A DNA stretch of 64,000 nucleotides from Candidatus Porisulfidus sp. TsSOB (GTDB lineage Bacteria; Pseudomonadota; Gammaproteobacteria; Poriferisulfidales; Poriferisulfidaceae): contig MRSX01000003.1 in NCBI GenBank assembly GCA_002631715.1, positions 361,286 to 425,285 on the forward strand, written 5' to 3'. Below the pieces are notes generated by a model. It did no database searches and was not told the origin of the DNA. It worked only from the letters and a program-made list of their open reading frames with translations. Positions 1-10,233 of the stretch are shown piece by piece. How positions within the stretch are numbered: position 1 is the stretch's first letter; each line of letters opens with the position of its first letter. The position numbers were made by a program, and so were the translations under genes.

Positions 1-1
1 C

Positions 2-358
2 CAGGCGATGGATCATGGTGCCAGCCTGCTGATGGCGGCGCGCCAGCCTGCGGAAAATGTGTCGGTGGAATTGCCCGACCTGCGTTCCCGGCTCCGCGGT
101 GCCGTCTCGTTTCCGCTACAGCCTCTGGATGACGAACGGCAATCCGAAGCGTTGCGCCGCCGCGCGCACAGCCAAGGGTACGACCTGCCGGAGGATGCGG
201 TGCGCTACATGCAGCGCCATGTAGTCCGCGGTCTGGGACAACTCTGTCAGTTGCTGGATCAGTTGGAACAGGCCTCGCTAAGCCAGCAGCGGCGAATTAC
301 CGTACCGTTTGTGCGCGAGGTGTTGGCTCAGCCGCCGACTTCGGAGAGCCGGCTCTGA
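2..358 (+). CDS. hda: DnaA-homolog Hda (DnaA regulatory inactivator), 5'-truncated at window edge
   Basis: C-terminal region LPDLRSRL...RITVPFVREVL matches Hda/DnaA domain IV-like tail. Frame is open from the window start. Confidence 0.6.
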   Translation, partial: QAMDHGASLLMAARQPAENVSVELPDLRSRLRGAVSFPLQPLDDERQSEALRRRAHSQGYDLPEDAVRYMQRHVVRGLGQLCQLLDQLEQASLSQQRRITVPFVREVLAQPPTSESRL

Positions 359-360
359 AT

Positions 361-1319
<959 letters not shown>

Positions 1320-1332
1320 GCGCGTGTGGGAC

Positions 1333-2070
1333 TTAAGGGATGGGCAGCATGATGACGGCACCCATCGTTCTCACTGCGGCCTGGTGGGCGCGATCCCGCC
1401 AACCGCTCGTGATGGTCACCAGTACCCGCTGATGTCCGACGAGTTGATCCAGGATCTGTTCGGGGGTCGGCTTGGGAAGTCCGGATTCCAGGAGCTGGGC
1501 ATCGCCCTCGTGCCGTATGATCGGCTGGCCATCCGATCCGGTCCGACGTTTCAGGCTGACGCGAACGATTTCCAGGTTGTTGGCGAAGTTTTCGAGATTC
1601 TCGGAATCCAACCGGTTCAGGGCGAAAAATTCCAGCTTGTCGTTATACGCAATCCGCATCTGGCTGACGATGCCAACCATCAGTGCGAAGACCCGGTCGC
1701 CGATGAAGCGGGGCTCGAATGCCAACTGCATCGCCTCGGTGCCGCGGTGGCTGTTCAGCTCCCCGAATCGTAGTTCGTCGTACGTGCGGTCCGGCAGCAC
1801 CAGGGCGACTCGCTCGTCGACCGTGGCGCCCGGCATTTTCTCCAGTTCTTCAGGATTGAGCCGGTACAACTCCCGCATCAGTTCTTCAAGCCCCTCGGTG
1901 GTCGCGTTCAGGTGCGCGTCCAAGGCGTAGTCCACGCTGGTTTTGGCAATTCCCTTGACTTCTTCGGGGATGTCTTGGGTGCTGAAGAGGTCGGTTTTGC
2001 AGCCAGCCAGCGCCAGCACCAGTGTCAGCGCCAGGCCAACACGGATTCCATGGGGGTAAATAGTGTTCAT
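1333..2070 (-). CDS. Lipoprotein of unknown function
   Basis: Starts MNTIYPHGIRVGLALTLVLALAGC (lipobox LAGC). Its ATG overlaps the TGA of the upstream VWA gene (ATGA). Only the last 246 codons of the 527-aa ORF-track entry are plausible. Confidence 0.55.
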   Translation of the reverse strand: MNTIYPHGIRVGLALTLVLALAGCKTDLFSTQDIPEEVKGIAKTSVDYALDAHLNATTEGLEELMRELYRLNPEELEKMPGATVDERVALVLPDRTYDELRFGELNSHRGTEAMQLAFEPRFIGDRVFALMVGIVSQMRIAYNDKLEFFALNRLDSENLENFANNLEIVRVSLKRRTGSDGQPIIRHEGDAQLLESGLPKPTPEQILDQLVGHQRVLVTITSGWRDRAHQAAVRTMGAVIMLPIP

Positions 2071-4301
2071 AGAGTGATGCGGCGGTAGATGTCGGACACC
2101 TTGGTCGGGAGTTTCTCGATGTGGCTGACCACGGCGAAGTTGGAGGCTCCGTACATGTGCGGGAGGTACTCCATGCCCTCTTTGTCTATGGTAATGCAAT
2201 ACGGATGGATTCCCAAATGTCGGGCCTCGTTCAGCGCTTGGCGGGTATCCTCGATGCCGTAAGTGCCCCGGTAGCCGTCCTGGTCGTCCGGCTTGCCGTC
2301 GGACAGCGTGATCAGCAAGCGGGTGCGGGCTTCCGTGTCCTTCAGCAGTTGCGTGAGATGGCGGATCATCACGCCCATGCGGGTGTAGTTCCGTGGCGTA
2401 ATCCCGCTGATGCGACAGCGGACGTCGCCACCATAGGGTTCGTCCAGGTTCTTGATCGGATACAACTCGCAATTGCGATGAGTGCGCCCGGAAAATCCGT
2501 AGATCGCATAGCGGTCTCCCAGCGCTTCCAGTGCACCGCACAGCAGCACCAGCGCCTCGCGCATCAGGTCGTTGATCCAGCCGGACGTGGAGCTGCTCAT
2601 GTCGATCAGGAACATCACGGCGATGTCGCGATCCAGTTTCTTCATGCGGGTGAATAAACGTTCGTCCAGTTCCGAGCCGTTGACATAGTCGCTGTAAGCG
2701 TTGATGAAACTGTCCAGGTCTACTTCGTCGCCGTGCATTTCCCGACGGACGCGTTTTTCCTCGTCGCGCAGGGCCTCGAATGTGCGCCGGAGCCCGGCGA
2801 GCAGGCGGCGGTGCCGGTCCATCGTGTCCTGTGCGAATTGTTCGCTGGTGCCGGTGATCGGGCGTTCGTACAGCTGGCACCAATCGGGCCGGTACTTCTG
2901 GCGGGAATGATCCCATTCCGGGTAGACGTAATCAGCGTCTCCGTTCGCGGGCGAAGAAGCATCCTCCGGCTCTTCCGAAGCCGGGGGATAGGCGCCGGCG
3001 CTGGCCAGCTCAAGATACTCGTCGGGGATTTCCCCGAGATCCTGAATGATGGACTCGAGCAGTTGCTGGATATCTTCGGACGGAGTGACGGTTTCGTCGC
3101 CGAGTTCCAGGGAAAACGCAAATTCGTCGGTCACCTGATTCTGTTCCCTGCGTACGGTGAAACGTTCGTTTTGTTCCTTCTCGGACTGGAAAGGGGACAG
3201 TTCCTTCTTTAGGCTGAGCAGGGCATTCGCCAGTTGATGCTGCTCTTCGTCCACCCGTTTGACCAGGATCTCGGATGCAAGTTCTGGGCGTAGCACGCCT
3301 TGGTACGGAACCTCCGGGAGCGTTACTGCAGTCGGGTAGAGCCCTTCAAGCAGGCGCAGGGAGTCTTCGACCGTGGCTTTCGGGTCCGAGATTTCCGCGA
3401 CAGCGGCCGTCCATGCGTCGGGTAGCTCTGTCCATGCGTCGGGCGGATTGTGGCGCTTGAGGATGCGGCCGATGCCGGGCATGTCGCGTTGGATCCGGGC
3501 ATCCAAACGGAACATTTCCAGTGCATGGAAGTAGTGGCGGGCGCGGGCGCGGTCCGAATAGCTGGCGAAGGCGTCAGCGGGTGCCCGGTACGTCCCGTAT
3601 CGGGTTTGCGCCCACAGGTACGCGGCGGTAGCCTTGAGCAGGTCGAAGTTTTCTTCCCGGGTACCACAGGCGTCCATCAGTTCGGGCAGATAGACGGTTT
3701 CCGTGTCGGTGTACGGTTCCGCGGCAGTTCCGACTTTGAGCGGCCGTCCACCGAAGCCGACCAATAGTGATTCGACCAGTCGCTCCACGTCGCTGAGACG
3801 GACGCTACGGGCACCACCGAGGATTTTCTGCAGGTAACCTTCGACTTCGTGCATGGCTTGCACGGCGGCATCGACCCCGATCTGGTCGTAGCAGGCGCGC
3901 AGATGGTCGAGCCAGCCATCCCAGTGCTCTTCGTCGATCAGCCGAAGTGACGGGATGCCGAAGTGGAAGAATTGGTAGGCAAGTTCGACGTCGCGATCGG
4001 CTAGGGCTTGACCGGAATCTAGGAAGCGGCGTTGCTCGAAGTGGTTGAAGGGGGCCAGTTGTTTTGCGGGTTCGTGCACGCGGCGCCGAGTGGAAAGGAT
4101 GCGCTCGATGATCTGCTCCATGCGCAGTTCCAGTTCGCGTTCGCCCATTCCGCCATATTGGGCACTGGCTTGGATGCGGGGACCTTGTTCGATCAGTTCT
4201 TCCGGTAGCCGGGCCGAGCCTTGGCGGACGTTTCGGTACAGCTGAATCCACGGTGCGGCAAGCTTGCCGAGAACCAATTTCAGGAATGACTGAGCTGGCA
4301 T
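2067..4301 (-). CDS. NorD/CbbO-like von Willebrand factor A (VWA) domain protein
   Basis: 744 aa with a C-terminal VWA domain and MIDAS motif DMSSSTS. The overall architecture is that of NorD/CbbO activase partners. Confidence 0.65.
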   Translation of the reverse strand: MPAQSFLKLVLGKLAAPWIQLYRNVRQGSARLPEELIEQGPRIQASAQYGGMGERELELRMEQIIERILSTRRRVHEPAKQLAPFNHFEQRRFLDSGQALADRDVELAYQFFHFGIPSLRLIDEEHWDGWLDHLRACYDQIGVDAAVQAMHEVEGYLQKILGGARSVRLSDVERLVESLLVGFGGRPLKVGTAAEPYTDTETVYLPELMDACGTREENFDLLKATAAYLWAQTRYGTYRAPADAFASYSDRARARHYFHALEMFRLDARIQRDMPGIGRILKRHNPPDAWTELPDAWTAAVAEISDPKATVEDSLRLLEGLYPTAVTLPEVPYQGVLRPELASEILVKRVDEEQHQLANALLSLKKELSPFQSEKEQNERFTVRREQNQVTDEFAFSLELGDETVTPSEDIQQLLESIIQDLGEIPDEYLELASAGAYPPASEEPEDASSPANGDADYVYPEWDHSRQKYRPDWCQLYERPITGTSEQFAQDTMDRHRRLLAGLRRTFEALRDEEKRVRREMHGDEVDLDSFINAYSDYVNGSELDERLFTRMKKLDRDIAVMFLIDMSSSTSGWINDLMREALVLLCGALEALGDRYAIYGFSGRTHRNCELYPIKNLDEPYGGDVRCRISGITPRNYTRMGVMIRHLTQLLKDTEARTRLLITLSDGKPDDQDGYRGTYGIEDTRQALNEARHLGIHPYCITIDKEGMEYLPHMYGASNFAVVSHIEKLPTKVSDIYRRITL

Positions 4302-4335
4302 CGCGATCTACCCGCAGGTGCCGGATTCGGCAGAG

Positions 4336-6939
4336 TCAGTCGTCATCTGCGGGAGAATCCAGTTTCCGCAATTCATAAATCAGGTCTAGAGCCTCCTTCG
4401 GCGACAACTGGTCGGGCTTCACCTGTCGGAGACGTTCCAGAGCGGCCGGGACGGATGGGGGATCGGAGGGCGGCACGAACAGATCTTTTTGCGGATTGCT
4501 GCGTGCCCAGCGCTGGGTGCTGTCGTCCTCAAGTTCCAGCAGGTATGCTTGGGCCCGTTCCAGCACCGGCGCAGGAATGCCCGCGAGGCGCGCGACCTGC
4601 AGGCCGTAGCTCTGGCTGGCGGGCCCTTCCTTGACGGCGTGCAGGAAGACGATCTGTTGGCCATGCATCGTGGCGTCTAGGTGCAGGTTGACGATCCCGG
4701 GATGGATCTCGGCCAGCTGGGTCAACTCGAAGTAGTGCGTGGAGAAAAGGGTGAATGCCCGGTTTCGGGTGGCCAGATATTCGGCACAGCCCAGTGCCAG
4801 CGCCATCCCGTCGAAAGTGCTGGTGCCGCGACCGATCTCGTCCATCAACACCAAGCTGTATTCAGAGGCGTGGTGCAGGATGTTGGCGGCTTCCGTCATC
4901 TCAACCATGAATGTGGAACGGCCAGAAGTCAGGTCATCGGAGGCTCCGATTCGGGTGAAGATGCGATCGATGGGGCCGATCCGGGCCTGCTTGGCTGGCA
5001 CGTGACTGCCGATGCAGGCCATCAGTACGATCAGTGCGGTCTGCCTCATATAGGTGGATTTGCCGCCCATATTCGGACCGGTGACGAGGAGCAAGCGGCG
5101 TTGCTCGGAGAGCAGCGTGTCGTTTGGCACGAATGGTTCGTTCCAAGTCAGTTCGATTACCGGATGGCGACCGGCTTCAATCTCGACGCCAGGTTCGTCG
5201 ACCAGCTCGGGGCAACAGTAATGGTGCGCTTTGGCCTGCTCGGCGAAGCTACAGAGTACGTCCAGTTCGGACAGCGCGTCTGCGCATTGCTTGAAATGGT
5301 TCAGGTGTGGTGTCAGGCTTTCCAGAAGATTCTGGTAAACCTGTTTCTCCCGCTCCAGCGCCCGGCTGCGTGCACTCAGGACGCGGTCCTCGAATTCCTT
5401 CAGTTCCGATGTCAGGTAACGCTCGTAGTTCTTGAGCGTCTGCCGCCGCCGGTAGTGATCGGGCACCCGCGCGGCTTGACTGCGCGGGACCTCGATGTAG
5501 TAGCCGTGAACCCGGTTGTAGGCGACTTTGAGCTGGGCAATGCCGGTGCTCTCCCGTTCGGTTGCTTCCATCTCCAAAAGAAAATCGTCGGCTCCGCGCG
5601 ACAGTTCGCGCAATTCATCCAATTCGGAATCGAATCCCGCCGCAATGGCGCCGCCTTCACGAATGGTCGGAGGAGGATTATCCGCGAGTGCTGAGGCCAG
5701 ATGTACGGCCAGTTCCGGATCCGATTGCAGATGGGCGCGATAGGAATCGAATTCTGCTGCGTCGATGTTCTCCAGCAAGCGGCGCAAGTCCGGCAGGCGC
5801 TGCAGGGTCTGAGCCAGGCCGCACAGGTCCCGCGGAGAAGCGGTGTATAGCGCAAGGCGGGCAATGACGCGCTCGATGTCAGAGACTTTCTTTAATTGTT
5901 CGCGAATCGGGGCGCGGTGAGTGTTGTCCAGCAGGTGGGAAACGATTTGGTGGCGTGTCGCCAGCATTTCCCGGTTGCGAAGGGGAGACTGGATCCATCG
6001 GTTGAGGCAACGACGGCCCATGGCCGTGACGGTTTTGTCCAATACACCGAGCAAGCTGTGGCGGGAATCGCCGGAGATGGTCTGCTCCAACTCGAGATTG
6101 CGTCGGCTGGTGGCATCCAGGTAGATATGAGTGTCGCGCCGCTCCCGTTGCAGGCTCGTGATATGCGGCAGGGCCGCTCGTTGCGTCTCTTGAGCGTAGT
6201 AGAGCAGGGCTCCGGCAGCTCCGGTGGCGGAGGGTGCGTCTTGGCAGTCGAAGGCGGACAGGTCATGAACCCCGAGTTGTTGGCACAAGAGCCGTGTGGC
6301 GGTCTCAACGTCGAAGTGCCAGTCCGAAAGAGGCTGCCAGTGCGTGTCTTCCCAGTCCGGAGGGGTGTTCGATTCCGGGTACAGGATTTCTGCCGGACGG
6401 AGACGTTCCAGTTCCGCGTACAGGTCTTCGATGGATGGAAGCTCCATTACATTGAAGCGTCCCGAACTCAAGTTCAGGCTGGCCAGCCCGATCGGATCCC
6501 CCGGCCACAGCGCAAGCAGCAACGTGTCGCGTCCGGCGTCCAGCAGTTCATCCTCGATCAGGGTTCCGGGCGTGACGATGCGCGAGATCTGGCGTTCCAT
6601 CGGCCCCCGGCCGGACGGGCTGTCGCCAACCTGTTCGCAAACCACCGCGGATTCCCCGAGGTCGACGAGTTTTGCGAGATAGGAATCAAGCGAAACGACC
6701 GGGATGCCCGCCATCGGGATGGGTTGACCCTTGGAGCGCCCCCGTTCGGTCAGCACGATATCCAGCAATTCGGAGCCGCGTTTGGCGTCCTCGAAGAACA
6801 ACTCGTAGAAGTCTCCCATTCTGTAGAGCAGCAGGTGCTGAGGATATTGCGCCTTGAACTCAAGGTACTGGCGCATGCTGGGAGTGTGCTGCTGCTGCGG
6901 CGTGGGTGAAGTCAACAGTGGAGCCGGTTGCAGTGCCAT
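4336..6939 (-). CDS. mutS: DNA mismatch repair protein MutS
   Basis: N-terminus [34 protein letters not shown] and Walker [14 protein letters not shown]. 867 aa. Confidence 0.95.
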   Translation of the reverse strand: MALQPAPLLTSPTPQQQHTPSMRQYLEFKAQYPQHLLLYRMGDFYELFFEDAKRGSELLDIVLTERGRSKGQPIPMAGIPVVSLDSYLAKLVDLGESAVVCEQVGDSPSGRGPMERQISRIVTPGTLIEDELLDAGRDTLLLALWPGDPIGLASLNLSSGRFNVMELPSIEDLYAELERLRPAEILYPESNTPPDWEDTHWQPLSDWHFDVETATRLLCQQLGVHDLSAFDCQDAPSATGAAGALLYYAQETQRAALPHITSLQRERRDTHIYLDATSRRNLELEQTISGDSRHSLLGVLDKTVTAMGRRCLNRWIQSPLRNREMLATRHQIVSHLLDNTHRAPIREQLKKVSDIERVIARLALYTASPRDLCGLAQTLQRLPDLRRLLENIDAAEFDSYRAHLQSDPELAVHLASALADNPPPTIREGGAIAAGFDSELDELRELSRGADDFLLEMEATERESTGIAQLKVAYNRVHGYYIEVPRSQAARVPDHYRRRQTLKNYERYLTSELKEFEDRVLSARSRALEREKQVYQNLLESLTPHLNHFKQCADALSELDVLCSFAEQAKAHHYCCPELVDEPGVEIEAGRHPVIELTWNEPFVPNDTLLSEQRRLLLVTGPNMGGKSTYMRQTALIVLMACIGSHVPAKQARIGPIDRIFTRIGASDDLTSGRSTFMVEMTEAANILHHASEYSLVLMDEIGRGTSTFDGMALALGCAEYLATRNRAFTLFSTHYFELTQLAEIHPGIVNLHLDATMHGQQIVFLHAVKEGPASQSYGLQVARLAGIPAPVLERAQAYLLELEDDSTQRWARSNPQKDLFVPPSDPPSVPAALERLRQVKPDQLSPKEALDLIYELRKLDSPADDD

Positions 6940-7256
6940 GATGCTGCTATTGTGACAAATTTTCGATGCTCTCAGGAAAATTTTTAGCGGAACCTGCGGT
7001 GAACCTGAAGGAGTTTATTTCGCTGAAGCCAGCCGCACATTTTGTCGCGATGGATTTTGAGTCTCTGGTGTTTCCTCGCCGGAGAACATATCGTACAATG
7101 CAAGAAAGGTTCCCCTTTCGCGGTACGCTTTGCGAGGTGTTTGTGTACCATGAATTTTCCAAGTGCTTTGATTACGCTGAAGTTTACGGGACTTCTGATT
7201 TTGTCAGGTCCAGTACATTATCCCCAGTTTTTTCCGAAATCCAGCCCGCGTAACTC

Positions 7257-8792
7257 GTGAAATTTCTCAACAACTTCCTATCCAGAAACCGCGGGCTCGT
7301 CATCGCCGGTTTTGTGGTTCCCGCCAGTTTCGTCTACCACAATGTCGAGAATCTTCGAAAACGGATTCATCGGATGTTGAGGAACACCAGCGCTGAACAC
7401 GACAAAGCCGTCCAGACGATCCAAGCTCATGTGCAGGCTTGCCATGCCACTGGAAAATCAATGTGCACCGCGCGCAAGCCATGGCGAACGATGTCGGTGC
7501 GCAGCGCCGAGTTCAAGAAAGACATGCAGCAGGTTTCCATCAACCTTTGCAATGTCCTTGAGGTCGACGAGAAACGTTTAATCGTTCGCACAGAGCCGAT
7601 GGTCACCGTGGGAGATATTACTTCCTTTCTTGTTCCCAGGGGATTCGCGCTCGCTGTCCAGCCCGAGATGGAAGATCTTACCCTTGGAGGTCTGTGCATG
7701 GGCATCGGCATTGCAACAGGCAGTCACCGAGAGGGCTGCCTGTTCGAGTCGGTCGAGGCCTTCGAGATCGTTACCGCTACCGGAGAGTTTGTTCGCGCCA
7801 CGCGTGACCAGAATGCCGACCTTTTCCACGCTCTGCCCTGTTCCCACGGCACCCTAGGCTTTCTCGTAAGTATTGAGTTTCGCATTGTCCCGATTCAGTC
7901 GCACGTCAAACTCGACTACGAACCATTCCACTCGATCGACGCCTTCTGTGCACGCCTTGAGGAGCTTACCGCTTCCTCCGACGCCCCGCGTTTCGTAGAA
8001 GGACTCGTCTTCTCCAAGGAATCCGGCGTCATACTCGTTGGCGACTACGCGACACCCCCGCCCGGCGCACGCATCAATCGTATCAATGATTACTATAAGC
8101 CATGGTTTTACAGCCATGTTGGCCAGTGTCTGAAGACCGGGGCTGCCAGCGAATACATTCCTGCCCGTCATTATTTCCACCGCCACACGCCTTCCGTGTA
8201 CTTCCAACTGAAGGACCTCATTCCTTTTGCCAACACATCTTGGTATCGCTATTTGTGGGCTTGGATGGGTGCGCCGAAGGTCTCTCTGTTGAAACTGACG
8301 GTAACCCGGGAGCTCCGGCGCCAAGCTTTTGAAAACCGCGTCGTGCAGGACATCATGGTACCGATTGAGAACCTTGCTGAGTCTGTCCGCCTTAGCGACG
8401 AACTGTTCGATATCTACCCACTTTGGGTTGGGCCGGTGCGCCTCTTTGACCACGGTGCGAACGAGGGTTTTTTGCGGAATCCGGCCAACGGCGGCAGTAG
8501 CCAGATGTACGTCGACCTTGGCATTTTCGGTATCCCGCCGAATGCCAAAGCCGGCAACTACGACCAGGTGCCAACCATGCGCCGCCTAGAGAAGTTCGTC
8601 CGTGAGCGTGGCGGTTACCAGATGCTCTATACCGACATCTATATGACTCGCACCGAATTCGAGCACATGTTTGAGCACCGGCTCTACCGGAATATGCGTA
8701 ACAAGTACGCTGTCGAAAACGCCTTCCCCGAGGTCTACGACAAAGTAATACCGGAGAGTTGGCTCATTGATCTGCGAAGCACATCACCATGA
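7257..8792 (+). CDS. FAD-linked oxidoreductase, DHCR24/DWF1-like (delta-24 sterol reductase family)
   Basis: 511 aa. N-terminal TM helix followed by a PCMH-type FAD-binding domain. Same length and architecture as DHCR24. Sits in the sterol cluster. GTG start. Confidence 0.55.
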   Translation: MKFLNNFLSRNRGLVIAGFVVPASFVYHNVENLRKRIHRMLRNTSAEHDKAVQTIQAHVQACHATGKSMCTARKPWRTMSVRSAEFKKDMQQVSINLCNVLEVDEKRLIVRTEPMVTVGDITSFLVPRGFALAVQPEMEDLTLGGLCMGIGIATGSHREGCLFESVEAFEIVTATGEFVRATRDQNADLFHALPCSHGTLGFLVSIEFRIVPIQSHVKLDYEPFHSIDAFCARLEELTASSDAPRFVEGLVFSKESGVILVGDYATPPPGARINRINDYYKPWFYSHVGQCLKTGAASEYIPARHYFHRHTPSVYFQLKDLIPFANTSWYRYLWAWMGAPKVSLLKLTVTRELRRQAFENRVVQDIMVPIENLAESVRLSDELFDIYPLWVGPVRLFDHGANEGFLRNPANGGSSQMYVDLGIFGIPPNAKAGNYDQVPTMRRLEKFVRERGGYQMLYTDIYMTRTEFEHMFEHRLYRNMRNKYAVENAFPEVYDKVIPESWLIDLRSTSP

Positions 8793-8883
8793 CGGAGCTG
8801 CAACATTGAACTCGGTTTCCCTGCATTCTCTTCCGCTCAGCTTTCACGCTCGCCTTCTTGTTGCGCTGCGAAGATTTCTTGGC

Positions 8884-10221
8884 ATGCTGCTAGCGTTGAA
8901 TTTTGTGGCGCTGTGGGCAATACCCATCGTGGCTCAGGGCCGATTGTTTCGCGCCGGGTTACACCGTTTTCTGCGGCCCATCCACCGCCTCCTTGACCAT
9001 TCGGTTCTGTTGCGACACGTTGCCACAAAATACGTCTACCGGCGATCTGTGCATGCGGACTACTTTGCATCCGCAATATTTCTCATGATTGGTCTTGCGC
9101 TATCTCTCGCTGTACTTTTTACCTGGCAAATCTTGTTCGGAGAACTGCCATGGTGGCTCTTAGCGGCATACTATTTTGCATGGGTGGGATTTGGTGGCCG
9201 TGGTATGGGGACGGCATACACCTTGGCCCATCGCGAGGGCCATGTTGCAGGAGGCCGCATGTACCGGCCATGGATCGCCAAACACATTGGAAATATTTTT
9301 GAGAACCGCATCGGTCTATGGTACGGCCTCGTTCCGCACACGTTTTCGACATCGCATATTCTTCTTCATCACCGGCTGAATGCCGGCAAGGCAGACCCGC
9401 TTTACGTGTGGGATCTCGACCGCACCAAATTTAGCGACATGCTTTTGTATCAATGGCGGGCATTCGTGTACGTGACCGGCCTTGGCAGCATTCGAGAATT
9501 CCGCAGACAACAAGGCGTAAATCCGGCGATCCGAAAGGCGCATGCCAAGCTGTCGCGCGGCATGCGGATCTATTGGGTGTATGTGCCGGTGGCACTTGTT
9601 GCACTACTGGTGGCCACGGGCTCGAGTGTTTTATCGTCGCTCATGTTTCTGTTTTTTGTCTACATCCAACCGCTTTTTGCAATGTCGACGTTCATCGCAC
9701 TTGTGACTCTATCGCAGCATGGATTTCTTGAACATGACGAAAAAGGACGAAACCTGAAACACGTGGCTGCGATTACTATTTTAGGTGGTCATGACGATTC
9801 CTTCGGAGAAGACGATCATTTCTCACACCATTATTCTCCTGCTGTTATGCACGACAAACTGGCAGTGGCGCAATCCCTTGAAGAAAGCGAATGGGCTCGT
9901 TGTCACGGTTCCGTCTTCAAGGACACTTCCATAATCGAGATTGCGATTTTTTTGCTGCTTGGGCGGATTGACCGGCTGATTGATCGTCACTACGTAGATT
10001 ACTCAGGAGCACTGGGGAGAGATCAAATCGTCGAGCTGTTTACCCGCCGTGCAAAACGTAAGGAAATGAGCTATGAGGAATATGAATTTCGGTATCTTCC
10101 GGCACTAAGGGACAGCGTTCGCGATCACGTGAAACAAGGCCTCTTCAATAACGAAAACCATGCGTATATTTTCCAGGCCCATCACGAGATTGGTCCCGAG
10201 TTCAGGATGAGCCGAACTTGA
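8884..10221 (+). CDS. Membrane-bound His-box di-iron oxygenase (fatty-acid desaturase/hydroxylase superfamily), putative sterol desaturase/oxidase
   Basis: Multiple TM helices and three histidine boxes: HREGH, HILLHH, HDDSFGEDDHFSHHY. First ATG after the stop of the upstream gene taken as start; a TTG at 8806 is also possible. Confidence 0.5.
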   Translation: MLLALNFVALWAIPIVAQGRLFRAGLHRFLRPIHRLLDHSVLLRHVATKYVYRRSVHADYFASAIFLMIGLALSLAVLFTWQILFGELPWWLLAAYYFAWVGFGGRGMGTAYTLAHREGHVAGGRMYRPWIAKHIGNIFENRIGLWYGLVPHTFSTSHILLHHRLNAGKADPLYVWDLDRTKFSDMLLYQWRAFVYVTGLGSIREFRRQQGVNPAIRKAHAKLSRGMRIYWVYVPVALVALLVATGSSVLSSLMFLFFVYIQPLFAMSTFIALVTLSQHGFLEHDEKGRNLKHVAAITILGGHDDSFGEDDHFSHHYSPAVMHDKLAVAQSLEESEWARCHGSVFKDTSIIEIAIFLLLGRIDRLIDRHYVDYSGALGRDQIVELFTRRAKRKEMSYEEYEFRYLPALRDSVRDHVKQGLFNNENHAYIFQAHHEIGPEFRMSRT

Positions 10222-10233
10222 ACGAGCGGCGAC

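Noticed and set aside
1333-2916. 527-aa minus-strand ORF spanning 1333-2916
   Set aside because: Its N-terminal 280 codons are Arg/Pro/Gly-rich and lie entirely inside the NorD-like VWA gene (2067-4301) in another frame. This is a typical high-GC shadow ORF. Only the C-terminal 246 codons starting at MNTIYP (lipoprotein, ATGA-coupled) are credible.
4419-6909. Numerous 60-340 aa ORFs on both strands inside mutS (for example 4681-5694+, 5896-6909+)
   Set aside because: They are antisense or out-of-frame ORFs with Arg/Gly/Pro-rich composition. They are fully contained within the well-supported mutS gene. Treated as GC-driven artefacts. The same applies inside alaS, recA, dxs, gatAB and the OSC gene.
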